Below are positions 49,761 through 57,618 of a DNA stretch of 64,000 bases, piece by piece. The DNA is from Minisyncoccota bacterium (GTDB lineage Bacteria > Patescibacteriota > Minisyncoccia > Phycocordibacterales > SBAW01), in NCBI GenBank assembly GCA_035546615.1, contig DASZWM010000003.1, positions 1-64,000 on the forward strand, read 5' to 3'. How positions within the stretch are numbered: position 1 is the stretch's first letter; each line of letters starts with the position of its first letter. The translations under genes and the position numbers were made by a program. The notes under the pieces were generated by a model. The model did no database searches. It was not told where the DNA came from and saw only the letters and a program-made list of their open reading frames with translations.

Positions 49761-50381
49761 ATGGCTATCGCCCGCACCGCAGACCAGGGGAAACTATTTG
49801 ACTTGCCGCTGTCGCTCCCCAACGGATTGGTCTACCGGCCGGATTTCCTGACGCCCGAGGAAGAAGAACTGTTGCTGGCGTACGTAGAGAATCTGCCGAT
49901 GGTGCACCCCACATTCGAAGAGCACGAGGCAAAACGGCGGCTTGCCGCGTTCGGCTGGAGCTACGACTTTGAGCGCGAAAAGCTTATCGAGGGCCCGCCG
50001 CTTCCGAAATTCCTGCATCCGGCGCAAAGGAAGATCGCCAAATGGCTCGGTATCTCCCCCGCCCGGGTGGTTGAGGCGCTGGTGCAGGAGTACACGCCGG
50101 GCTCGGCCATAGGCTGGCACCGCGACAACGAAAAGTTCGAATCTATCATCGGCATTTCGCTCGCGGGCTGGTGCAGGATGCGTTTCAGGCCCTTGGGCCT
50201 GAAACAATCAAGAAGTAGGCCGCTCGCAGCGAAAGATGTTGTGGCTCTGGAGCTCGAACCCCGCTCCTGCTACATCATGCAGAAGGACGTGCGGTGGAAG
50301 TGGCAGCATTCGGTGGCGCCCGTCAAAACCCTGCGCTATTCGATAACGTTCCGGACCCTGCCGGAGGGGTTTCGGCCCTAA
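49761..50381 (+). CDS. AlkB-like 2OG-Fe(II) dioxygenase (alkylation damage repair)
   Basis: 'GWHRDNE' (HxD), 'WQHSV' (His) and 'RYSITFR' (Arg-x-Ser) motifs. Divergent from lexA. Confidence 0.7.
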   Translation: MAIARTADQGKLFDLPLSLPNGLVYRPDFLTPEEEELLLAYVENLPMVHPTFEEHEAKRRLAAFGWSYDFEREKLIEGPPLPKFLHPAQRKIAKWLGISPARVVEALVQEYTPGSAIGWHRDNEKFESIIGISLAGWCRMRFRPLGLKQSRSRPLAAKDVVALELEPRSCYIMQKDVRWKWQHSVAPVKTLRYSITFRTLPEGFRP

Positions 50382-50482
50382 GCCCGGTTCATGCAGATAT
50401 CAGGCGGCTCTGTATATAGTTGCATGTGTGCCCAGGGTTCGGCGGCGTGCGGCGGCTATTACAAAAGTATTTACACTTTTAT

Positions 50483-50686
50483 ATGAAAGTCATACTTTCC
50501 TGCAGCGAGTGCGACTTCCAGGCGTGGGGTTCGGCCGAAGGGCGGCTCATGAACAAGATAGTCATGTGGAACCATGCCAAGCGCGCGCACGCCGACCAAG
50601 CCGACCTCGTGATGCAGACCTACGAAGAGCAGGCGCAGCCCAGCGACATCTACGAAACGCGCCGGATAATCCCTATTACCGCGTAA
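50483..50686 (+). CDS. small Cys-containing protein (DUF1059-like?), hypothetical
   Basis: 'MKVILSCSECDFQAWGSAEGRLMNKIVMWNHAKRAH'. Start taken at the internal Met of track ORF 50420..50686. Confidence 0.3.
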   Translation: MKVILSCSECDFQAWGSAEGRLMNKIVMWNHAKRAHADQADLVMQTYEEQAQPSDIYETRRIIPITA

Positions 50687-50695
50687 TTTTTCCTG

Positions 50696-51403
50696 CTACT
50701 CGAGCGTTATCGAGTTTATGACCATCGGCTCGACCGGACGGTCGCCCGGGCCCGTCGGCGCGCTTTCTATGGCCTTAACCACGTCCATGCCCGCGGTCAC
50801 CTTGCCGAAGGTGGTGTGCTTGTCGTCCAGGAAGTTGTTGGCCGCGGTATTGATGAAGAATTGCGAGCCGTTTGTATTAGGGCCGGCGTTGGCCATGGAG
50901 ATGGTGCCGATGTCGTTATGGTTGTTCGCGCGTATCTCATCGGCAAACTGGTAACCCGGGCCGCCGGTGCCCCAGCGCGCCGCCTGGCTGTCGTCCTTGG
51001 AAAGCGGGTCGCCGCCCTGGATCATAAAGCCCGGAATGACGCGGTGGAACTTGGTGCCGTTGTAAAAGCCCTCCCCCGCGAGCTTCGTGAAGTTGGCGAC
51101 GGTGTTGGGCGCGTCGGCGCTGAAGAACTCTATCGTAATGTCCCCCTTATTGGTGTGGAGTAGCGCGTGCATGACTGTGTGTGGATTAGCGCTGCTGGTA
51201 ACGTCTTGTGTCTGCTGTATCGCCTCGGGCGAGAGCTCCTGCGGCACTCCGCCCTGTCCGGTAGGCGGGGCGCTCGGGGCGCCTGTTGTCGAGTACGCGT
51301 CGGCCGCGGATGCGGGGGGCGCGGGCGGCCGGTTCATAAAGTACCAGCCCCCGAGGGCCATGACTAGCAGGAGCGGAAAAATGGTCAGTACCGTCTTATC
51401 CAT
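50696..51403 (-). CDS. cyclophilin-type peptidyl-prolyl cis-trans isomerase, membrane-anchored
   Basis: 'HTNKGDITIEFFSADAPNTVANFTKLAGEGFYNGTKFHRVIPGFMIQGGDP' after an N-terminal TM segment and a Pro/Ala linker. Confidence 0.85.
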   Translation of the reverse strand: MDKTVLTIFPLLLVMALGGWYFMNRPPAPPASAADAYSTTGAPSAPPTGQGGVPQELSPEAIQQTQDVTSSANPHTVMHALLHTNKGDITIEFFSADAPNTVANFTKLAGEGFYNGTKFHRVIPGFMIQGGDPLSKDDSQAARWGTGGPGYQFADEIRANNHNDIGTISMANAGPNTNGSQFFINTAANNFLDDKHTTFGKVTAGMDVVKAIESAPTGPGDRPVEPMVINSITLE

Positions 51404-51656
51404 GCTTCTTCTTTCCCTTCTTTACTAACGCGAGCTTCTCCGTGCGGGAAAGCTGCTTGAGCCGGTACTCCTCGCGGGAGGCCACTGAGCGGTCGGCGAA
51501 CGGCTCGCTGTAGGACAGCCTGACCGGCCGGCGCGTGCGCGTGTATTTTGCGCCGAGGTCCGAGGAGTTGTGCTCGCTCATGCGGCGCTCAAGATCGGTC
51601 GCGATGCCGGTGTAGAGCGTGCCGTCAGCGCAGGTGACTATATACACGTGGTACAT
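51396..51656 (-). CDS. GIY-YIG nuclease family protein
   Basis: 'MYHVYIVTCADGTLYTGIATDLERRMSEHN' GIY-YIG motif. Confidence 0.75.
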   Translation of the reverse strand: MYHVYIVTCADGTLYTGIATDLERRMSEHNSSDLGAKYTRTRRPVRLSYSEPFADRSVASREEYRLKQLSRTEKLALVKKGKKKHG

Positions 51657-51661
51657 GGCGC

Positions 51662-51988
51662 CTAGGCGTGGTGGTGGTCGTGGCCGTGATTATGGTCATG
51701 CCCGTGCCCTCCGGAATTCTTGGAGAACAGGTCGCGCCAGTGGAGTTTCGCCACGAAGAAGAGGTAGATAAGCTCGAGGATGCCGAGCGTGTTGATGACG
51801 AGAAGGATGATAAACCACCAGTACTCGCCGCGCCGCGCCGAATGCCACAAGGCGAGCCCCTTGCCGATAATAGACCAGACGACGAACAAAAGCGCGAACG
51901 GCGCGAGCACCAGGAGCACGGCCGGAACCCAAAACGGCATATTGATAAACCAAGCGTTGTCCATACCCGCCCAATGATTCATATACAT
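51662..51988 (-). CDS. membrane protein with His-rich C-terminus, hypothetical
   Basis: Two TM segments and the tail 'GGHGHDHNHGHDHHHA'. Confidence 0.4.
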   Translation of the reverse strand: MYMNHWAGMDNAWFINMPFWVPAVLLVLAPFALLFVVWSIIGKGLALWHSARRGEYWWFIILLVINTLGILELIYLFFVAKLHWRDLFSKNSGGHGHDHNHGHDHHHA

Positions 51989-52054
51989 GCCCTAAGTATA
52001 CTCCAAACGGCTGTATACTTAATAGTGGGCGATATATCAGTAACCTAAGGCAAT

Positions 52055-52213
52055 ATGAACAATTCAAGCAACGTAAATACGATCCTCATAGTGGTGGTGC
52101 TGGTGCTCTTGGTGGGCGGCGGCGTGTGGTGGTACAAGACCTACGGCCCGGGTGCCGCGCCCAAGGACGGCGGAGGCCTTAACATCCAGATAGGCGGCGA
52201 CAGCAGCCAGTAA
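52055..52213 (+). CDS. 53-aa single-TM peptide (not in ORF track, <60 aa)
   Basis: ATG at 52055 and TAA at 52211. 'MNNSSNVNTILIVVVLVLLVGGGVWWYKTYGPGAAPKDGGGLNIQIGGDSSQ'. A strong terminator follows. Confidence 0.3.
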   Translation: MNNSSNVNTILIVVVLVLLVGGGVWWYKTYGPGAAPKDGGGLNIQIGGDSSQ

Positions 52214-52228
52214 TTTTTTGGTACAGCG

Positions 52229-52264
52229 CAAAACCGCGCGGCCTTTGAGGCCGCGCGGTTTTTG
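52229..52264. terminator. bidirectional intrinsic terminator
   Basis: 'CAAAACCGCGCGGCCTTTGAGGCCGCGCGGTTTTTG' is a 14-bp GC stem with an A-run on one side and a T-run on the other. Confidence 0.8.
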
Positions 52265-52288
52265 CTTTGCTTTCCTGTGCCGCTTGGA

Positions 52289-52828
52289 TTACGGCTTGAT
52301 GACGAACCACACGCCTCCGTTGCCCTGGCCCGAAGCCTTTCCGGCTACGGTGTCCTTGGAGTAGAAGTACAAGGGCTTGCCATTGTACGTCACCTGGAGC
52401 GAGTTATCCGCGCGGCGGATAGTGCCTACGGTGCCGCTTACGTTGTCCGGAGCCTTGATGCTCGCGGAAGAGGAAACGGTGAACGGCGGCCACGTGTCTG
52501 CGCACGAGCCGGTGCAGTTGGAGACGCCGGTCGCGTCGCCGTCGTAGGTGTAGACGGCCATGCCGTTGTTGGCGGTCAGGAACTGGCCGAGCGTCGCGTC
52601 CGCGGTAATGGCCAGGACGTTCGTCTGGGTCGGGTTAGTGTTGCCCGCCGGAACGGTGCCGCCGGTATTCGGCTGGCCCGCTACGCCCTGATCATTGGTG
52701 CCGTTGTCGCCGGCCGTATCGGCAGCCGGAGTGCCCGGAAGCGCCATTTGTCCTGACGACCAGTACCAGTACGCTCCGCCGACCACGAGAAGCGCGGCGA
52801 CGACTGCGATAACAGTAGATGTTTTCAT
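52289..52828 (-). CDS. secreted lipoprotein-like protein with Yx(FWY)xxD motifs (COG4315-like)
   Basis: 'GMAVYTYDGD..SNCTGSCADTWPPF' and 'GKPLYFYSKDT'. N-terminal signal/TM. Confidence 0.55.
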   Translation of the reverse strand: MKTSTVIAVVAALLVVGGAYWYWSSGQMALPGTPAADTAGDNGTNDQGVAGQPNTGGTVPAGNTNPTQTNVLAITADATLGQFLTANNGMAVYTYDGDATGVSNCTGSCADTWPPFTVSSSASIKAPDNVSGTVGTIRRADNSLQVTYNGKPLYFYSKDTVAGKASGQGNGGVWFVIKP

Positions 52829-52902
52829 AGAGTTAGTTATGAGTATGAAGCATTAATATTAATACTTCATTAGTATAGCAAATTAAGGCCTTTTTAGGGC
52901 GC

Positions 52903-53193
52903 CTACATCAGCTTCTTCACCTGGGACGCTATCTCGGACTCGATGCGGCCCTCGAATATCCGCCACATGAGCGGGAGCTTGGCGTCGAGCACGTAATCGG
53001 CATCGGTCACTTCCAGCTTGCCTGATATAGGTTTTCCCTGGAGCTCGACCCCGAAATGGAGCGTGTTCCCCTCCCACCGTTCTTCGGTTATTTTTGCCTG
53101 GCCGGCGATCTTCGAGCGGCCCTGCTCGATTCCGTCCTTCACCTTTTCTACAGCTTTGGACTGCGTCGTCTTGTGCGGAATGACTATATGCAT
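52903..53193 (-). CDS. PHA-granule-region (polyhydroxyalkanoic acid system) family small protein
   Basis: 'MHIVIPHKTTQSKAVEKVKDGIEQ..WEGNTLHFGVELQGKPISGKLEVTDADYVLDAKLPLMWRIFEGRIESEI' matches the family pattern as I remember it. Confidence 0.45.
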   Translation of the reverse strand: MHIVIPHKTTQSKAVEKVKDGIEQGRSKIAGQAKITEERWEGNTLHFGVELQGKPISGKLEVTDADYVLDAKLPLMWRIFEGRIESEIASQVKKLM

Positions 53194-53242
53194 AGGCTCC
53201 TATTATACATATCCGGTACTTTCGAAACTAGAAGCCTGGCTC

Positions 53243-53524
53243 TTATTTTAGCTTTTTGCAAAAAGCTAAAATACTTTCGGCGCGGGGCGTGAGGGTATGG
53301 CGTACGTTCATCCCGTCGCTGCGCTTGTAGAGGAGCCCGGCGATAGCCATCTTGCGCAGATGGTCGGAAGCGTTCATATATCCCATCCCCAGCTTTTCCG
53401 CTATCCCCTCGATCGAGAGGCCCGGGGTCTGCTTGAGCAGATCCAATACCTGAAGGCGCCTATAGCTGGCAAAGCCTTTCACTATCCGCTCAAGCCGGCG
53501 ATATTCGCCCTGGTCTTTCGGCAT
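53243..53524 (-). CDS. ArsR/SmtB family transcriptional regulator
   Basis: 'YRRLQVLDLLKQTPGLSIEGIAEKLGMGYMNASDHLRKMAIAGLL' winged HTH. Start taken at MPKDQ. Confidence 0.75.
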   Translation of the reverse strand: MPKDQGEYRRLERIVKGFASYRRLQVLDLLKQTPGLSIEGIAEKLGMGYMNASDHLRKMAIAGLLYKRSDGMNVRHTLTPRAESILAFCKKLK

Positions 53525-53548
53525 GGCGAAGACTATATACGGTGTTTT

Positions 53549-53625
53549 ACGTTTTTGCAAAAAGCTTTGATAAAAGGGCGGGGCGGGCGGGAACGAAAGG
53601 CTTTATCACGGCTTTTTGCAAAAAG
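53549..53625. promoter_or_regulatory. two GCTTTTTGCAAAAAGC palindromes upstream of arsR (candidate operators); third copy at 53249-53268
   Basis: 'CGTTTTTGCAAAAAGC' at 53549-53564 and 'GCTTTTTGCAAAAAGC' at 53610-53625. A perfect 20-bp copy 'TAGCTTTTTGCAAAAAGCTA' lies at the arsR 3' end. Confidence 0.45.
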
Positions 53626-53647
53626 CTAAAATAAAAGAAATACATAA

Positions 53648-53672
53648 GGGAGGGAGGGAGGGAGGGAGGGAG
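53648..53672 (+). repeat. (GGGA)6 simple-sequence tract / G-quadruplex-forming motif
   Basis: 'GGGAGGGAGGGAGGGAGGGAGGGAG' lies in the intergenic region between arsR and the YgjP-like gene. Confidence 0.8.
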
Positions 53673-53694
53673 CCTTTACCTTTTTGCTTTTATT

Positions 53695-54105
53695 TTATCT
53701 GATGCGGATCCGGCGGAGGGCTTTGCGGGCTTTTTTGTAGTCCGGAATGGTCTCTTCGACCAGGGCCCAGAAGGCGGGGCTGTGGTTCATTTCCTTCAGG
53801 TGGCACAGCTCGTGGGTTACGACATATTCGGCCAGGCGCGGCGGCAAGAAAAGGAGGCGGTAGTTGAAGTTGAGGTTGCCGTGCTCCGAGCAGCTCCCCC
53901 ACCGCGAACGGCTGTTCTTTATGAATACCCGGCGCACGGCGTAGTCGTAGTGCGCGTTGAGGCGCGCGATGAGCGCATGGACAAGCGCGCGAGCCTCTTC
54001 CTTATACAGCTGGAACTTCCGCGAACTAGCCGCCGAAGCCGGGCGTCGTCTCCGTACCCGCCGCCGATATACGATTTTGTATCCAAACACCGAGGTATTG
54101 TACAA
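53695..54105 (-). CDS. YgjP/DUF45-family metal-dependent hydrolase (short)
   Basis: 'SRWGSCSEHGNLNFNYRLLFLPPRLAEYVVTHELCHLKEMNHSPAFWALVEETIPDYKKARKAL' carries an HExxH-like motif. Confidence 0.5.
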   Translation of the reverse strand: MYNTSVFGYKIVYRRRVRRRRPASAASSRKFQLYKEEARALVHALIARLNAHYDYAVRRVFIKNSRSRWGSCSEHGNLNFNYRLLFLPPRLAEYVVTHELCHLKEMNHSPAFWALVEETIPDYKKARKALRRIRIR

Positions 54106-54141
54106 CCTTACTTAATGGCAGGCTCAGATATAGATTTATAA

Positions 54142-54540
54142 CTACAAAATTGAGATAACTTTCTTAACGACGGAGTCTGAAGCACTCTTGAGTCGATGTT
54201 CCCATATTCTTAATACCTTCCAATTCATACTTTTTAATTGTTTATTAACCAATCTATCTCTTTTCTTATTTCTTTCTATTTTGTTAGTCCAATATGCGCG
54301 ATTTGTCTTTGGAACTCTACAGTGAGTCTTACATCCGTGCCAAAAACAAGAGTCAATGAAAATTGCTGTCTTAGAAACAGAAAAAACAATATCAGGTCTG
54401 CCTGGCAATTTTGCCACATGAGTTGTAAACTTTAGTTTACTTTTTTTCAGTTGCTTCTGAAAAGATTTTTCTATACCTGAATTTCTACTCTTAATGAGAC
54501 GCATTATTTCGCTGCGTCTTCCAGAAGATACATTGTCCAT
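54142..54540 (-). CDS. vsr: very-short-patch-repair endonuclease Vsr
   Basis: 'IVFSVSKTAIFIDSCFWHGC..PKTNRAYWTNKIERNKKRD' is the Vsr signature. Confidence 0.85.
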   Translation of the reverse strand: MDNVSSGRRSEIMRLIKSRNSGIEKSFQKQLKKSKLKFTTHVAKLPGRPDIVFSVSKTAIFIDSCFWHGCKTHCRVPKTNRAYWTNKIERNKKRDRLVNKQLKSMNWKVLRIWEHRLKSASDSVVKKVISIL

Positions 54541-54544
54541 GCCT

Positions 54545-55612
54545 TTATTCTTCTATATCCCAACCTGTTGGAAGTGTGATTTTGGTATAGGCTCTTTCTT
54601 TGATAAAAGGGACAATCTCTGCGCTCGAAGGAAACTCTGCGTCAAATTCTCTCGTTAAATCACTTAACAAAGTGCCAGCAAGTCGTTCTCTATATTCTTT
54701 ACTGAGGCAAAGAGTATACCAGTCATGCAAATCTTTAAGAGTAATTATTCCTTGCACACGCTCAATAATCCCGAGCTGTTGTAGCAGGGCCTCAATAGGT
54801 TTCTTTTCTGCGTCTCGACAAACAATTACAATCCTGTCCGCTTCGATTCCCTCGACAATTCCTTCGGTTACTTCAGGAGTAAGTGTAAGGTGTTTTACCT
54901 GGATAGCTGTTCCAAAATTTGCCCACATATCTAATCCCCTATCCGCCGCATTCGTTACGCCAACTCTAAAAAGGGCTGCGGGCATAGCTACTTGAGTCTT
55001 TCTGGCATCTATGCCTAAAACCATTTTTATAAAACCTTCAAAATCAGTAAGTATTTCTTTGTCTTCATTTTTAATCGAAAGGGTGATTTCCGCTTTTAAT
55101 GCTCGTACAATAGCGGAAAAAAGAGCATGCACTGCTATTTCATATATTTTATCTGTGCTTCGTCTCAAGCCAGGACTTGATGTAAAAAGTTCCACTAATT
55201 CCATTATGGAAAAAGTGTCCACTGTTGACTGTTCGATATAGTCTCTTACCCGATGAACAGATAGTAACTTATTTTGTAAAGCTTTATAAATATAAGCCTC
55301 TACTCCGCCCTTACTTGTTGTATTTATTTTTCCTAACACTGCCAATAGTTGGGGCGGCATAGCATTAGGCTCAAAGATATTATCTTGGTACTTTGCGCTA
55401 GAAGTACTGCTCCTCCCAACAAGTAAGGTGGAGACTTCATCTCTCCAACGTTTAGAGACAGAGCGATAACTTTCTAGATCAGTTAGTTCTAGCTTTTTCT
55501 TAGTTCTATGATAGAAAAGTATCTCCGCTATCTGTATAGGTTTATAGAAGTGCACTCTGGCCTTCTTTATAACTGAATCCAGAGCCGCTTTTGCTTCTTC
55601 AGCCATTGACAT
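54545..55612 (-). CDS. putative type II restriction endonuclease (partner of adjacent C5-MTase)
   Basis: 355 aa, AT-rich. It overlaps the methyltransferase gene by 14 bp and sits upstream of vsr. No family assignment possible by eye. Confidence 0.4.
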   Translation of the reverse strand: MSMAEEAKAALDSVIKKARVHFYKPIQIAEILFYHRTKKKLELTDLESYRSVSKRWRDEVSTLLVGRSSTSSAKYQDNIFEPNAMPPQLLAVLGKINTTSKGGVEAYIYKALQNKLLSVHRVRDYIEQSTVDTFSIMELVELFTSSPGLRRSTDKIYEIAVHALFSAIVRALKAEITLSIKNEDKEILTDFEGFIKMVLGIDARKTQVAMPAALFRVGVTNAADRGLDMWANFGTAIQVKHLTLTPEVTEGIVEGIEADRIVIVCRDAEKKPIEALLQQLGIIERVQGIITLKDLHDWYTLCLSKEYRERLAGTLLSDLTREFDAEFPSSAEIVPFIKERAYTKITLPTGWDIEE

Positions 55613-56621
55613 ACGCCCGTTCTACCATATTTATGTCTTTTCCGCTAAACAATTCAGTTTGTTCAATAAAAGGAACCGGGTCTTTCGACATTGCTTCAAC
55701 CATTGCGTGGGCCACTGCTTCCATCTGAGGAACCACTACAGCATTACCAGCTTGCTTCCGGATTTGCTGGTCAGCAACAACAAATTTATATGAATCGGGA
55801 AAACCCTGTAATCTAAACATCTCTCTAGGAGTCAGTCTTCTTTCTCCATTTACAATAAGATAGTTATATGAACCATTAGCCCTAAGAGCGCATGAATAAG
55901 CATTCACGCCTAGGTTTCCAGACTTATTTTCGTGCAAGATTAACGGACGAGAATGAAGTTCTTTGTGTTGTTCTTTTAATTGTCTCTGGACTTTCTGCAA
56001 CATATAATCGCTAAGAAAGTGTTTTTTATCGACCTCATTATCAGGCTCAAGGATGTCTTCAAGAGTTTTCTTTTTTCCCCTCCCTTTGGTAGGAAATTCA
56101 AAAGGGTAGTTTTCTCTAAAACCTACAATCATTATTCGCTCTCTCTTTTGCGGAACGCCAAAATCTAGACCATTTAAAACTTTAAAGTGCACAAAATAAC
56201 CTAGTTTTCTTAAACTATTTAGAATTACTGAAAACGTCCTTCCTTGATCATGATTGGTAAGTTGTTTTACATTTTCCAAAAATAGAGCTTTTGGTTTCTT
56301 TGCCTTTAGAATTCTCTCAACATCAAAAAACAACGTGCCTCTTGTTTCAGAGAAACCTTTCATATTCCCCATGATGCTAAAAGCTTGGCATGGAAAACCG
56401 CCTGTCAAAATATCATGGTCAGGCACATCTTTTGCAACTATTTTCGTTATATCTCCATCTGGCTGGTCGCCGAAATGATTCTTATACATCTTCTGCGCAG
56501 CTTCATCCCATTCTGATGTAAAAACACATTTACCTCCTGCCGCTTCAAAACCAAGTCTAATGCCTCCAATTCCTGCAAAGAGATCGATAAAAGTAAATTT
56601 ATTCTTATTCGTTGGAGCCAT
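55599..56621 (-). CDS. DNA (cytosine-5)-methyltransferase
   Basis: Motif I 'FIDLFAGIGGIRLGFE', motif IV 'GGFPCQAFS', motif VI 'ENVKQL'. C-terminal target-recognition region. Confidence 0.9.
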   Translation of the reverse strand: MAPTNKNKFTFIDLFAGIGGIRLGFEAAGGKCVFTSEWDEAAQKMYKNHFGDQPDGDITKIVAKDVPDHDILTGGFPCQAFSIMGNMKGFSETRGTLFFDVERILKAKKPKALFLENVKQLTNHDQGRTFSVILNSLRKLGYFVHFKVLNGLDFGVPQKRERIMIVGFRENYPFEFPTKGRGKKKTLEDILEPDNEVDKKHFLSDYMLQKVQRQLKEQHKELHSRPLILHENKSGNLGVNAYSCALRANGSYNYLIVNGERRLTPREMFRLQGFPDSYKFVVADQQIRKQAGNAVVVPQMEAVAHAMVEAMSKDPVPFIEQTELFSGKDINMVERAYVNG

Positions 56622-56690
56622 AGAGCAATATATTTTAACACCTATTTTAAGCTTGCTATATTTTTAATAATAGCACTGAAATCTATATTT

Positions 56691-56722
56691 ATACACAATA
56701 TACACAAGTCTTGGGGATAACT
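56691..56722. promoter_or_regulatory. second copy of the ATACACAA-tandem / TTGGGGATAAC element, upstream of the methyltransferase-RE-vsr operon
   Basis: 'ATACACAATATACACAAGTCTTGGGGATAAC', to compare with 49691-49722. Confidence 0.4.
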
Positions 56723-56851
56723 TTAGTGAGGGCCGTTTTTGGTCCAGGATAGCCGTATCCGCCAGCCGATAAAAATAGAGTAAGGGGGTAAAGATCAGCA
56801 ATCGTGGGATGAGCGTGTCTAATAGTCACCTAAGGATTTATAGCCATAAGG

Positions 56852-57193
56852 CTATTGTGGCAAACCCTTAATTTTGTTTCTGAAGAAATTAAATCGCATC
56901 TTAGCATAGTCCCAAAGAAAAGAGCAGAACGACTTATTTGGATGTCTTTTTATTTCACGCAAGTTCTCGAAAGCATAATTAAGTATATCTATAAATAATA
57001 ACCCTGGTACAACACCCAATGCGAATATATACCAATCAGAAAAACGTGTTTTTAACAAACTGTAAGTCGCATTTACTGCAATTCCAAGAACTACCGCAAG
57101 CGTCGCACCGAGTATCACAAATGCCCACTGTATTTGTAGACTTCTTTCCTCTTGTAAATCACCCTTGTTCATGGCGAATATATCTAATAACAA
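56852..57193 (-). CDS. 2-TM membrane protein (last gene of Ubl/E1 operon; candidate effector)
   Basis: '..IQWAFVILGATLAVVLGIAVNATY..WYIFALGVVPGLLFIDIL..'. AT-rich. Confidence 0.4.
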   Translation of the reverse strand: MLLDIFAMNKGDLQEERSLQIQWAFVILGATLAVVLGIAVNATYSLLKTRFSDWYIFALGVVPGLLFIDILNYAFENLREIKRHPNKSFCSFLWDYAKMRFNFFRNKIKGLPQ

Positions 57194-57201
57194 GTAAAAA
57201 A

Positions 57202-57618
57202 TTATTCGAAGAAGCTACGCAATTGGACTAATATCCAGTTTCCAAATCGTCGCCACCATGACAGGGAGGAATGAATAAAGTATGCATCCTTGATGGTATC
57301 GTCATATTCTCGCCCGTGGCGTATCTGTTCTCGAGTCATCTTCGACGCCCAAATCACTTGATTTTCAATAATCCAATAATGTGACTGACAAGGATGATTC
57401 CAGTTTCCTATTGAAGGACGTAGCGAGACCACCCCCTGCCAATCAACTAGCGTATATTCGGTCTTACGGAGAGGGGTAACGATTTTAGTGCCACAACTGC
57501 AACAGCACAAATGGCTCGCGGTTCCGAAACGTCGTGAGATATATAGAACACCACTCTCAAGCTCTCTTGGTATGAACTCAACATATTCAGGACGCACCAA
57601 CTCTGTCTTCATATACAA
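57202..57618 (-). CDS. Cys/His-rich 138-aa protein of unknown function (Ubl/E1 operon)
   Basis: 'ASHLCCCSCGTKIV', 'NHPCQSHYW'. No JAMM HxH motif. Overlaps the E1 gene by 10 bp. Confidence 0.4.
   Translation of the reverse strand: MYMKTELVRPEYVEFIPRELESGVLYISRRFGTASHLCCCSCGTKIVTPLRKTEYTLVDWQGVVSLRPSIGNWNHPCQSHYWIIENQVIWASKMTREQIRHGREYDDTIKDAYFIHSSLSWWRRFGNWILVQLRSFFE

Noticed and set aside
53648-53672. CRISPR array
   Set aside because: The only tandem repeat in the window is the (GGGA)6 microsatellite. There are no spaced 24-48-bp direct repeats and no cas genes anywhere in the 64 kb.
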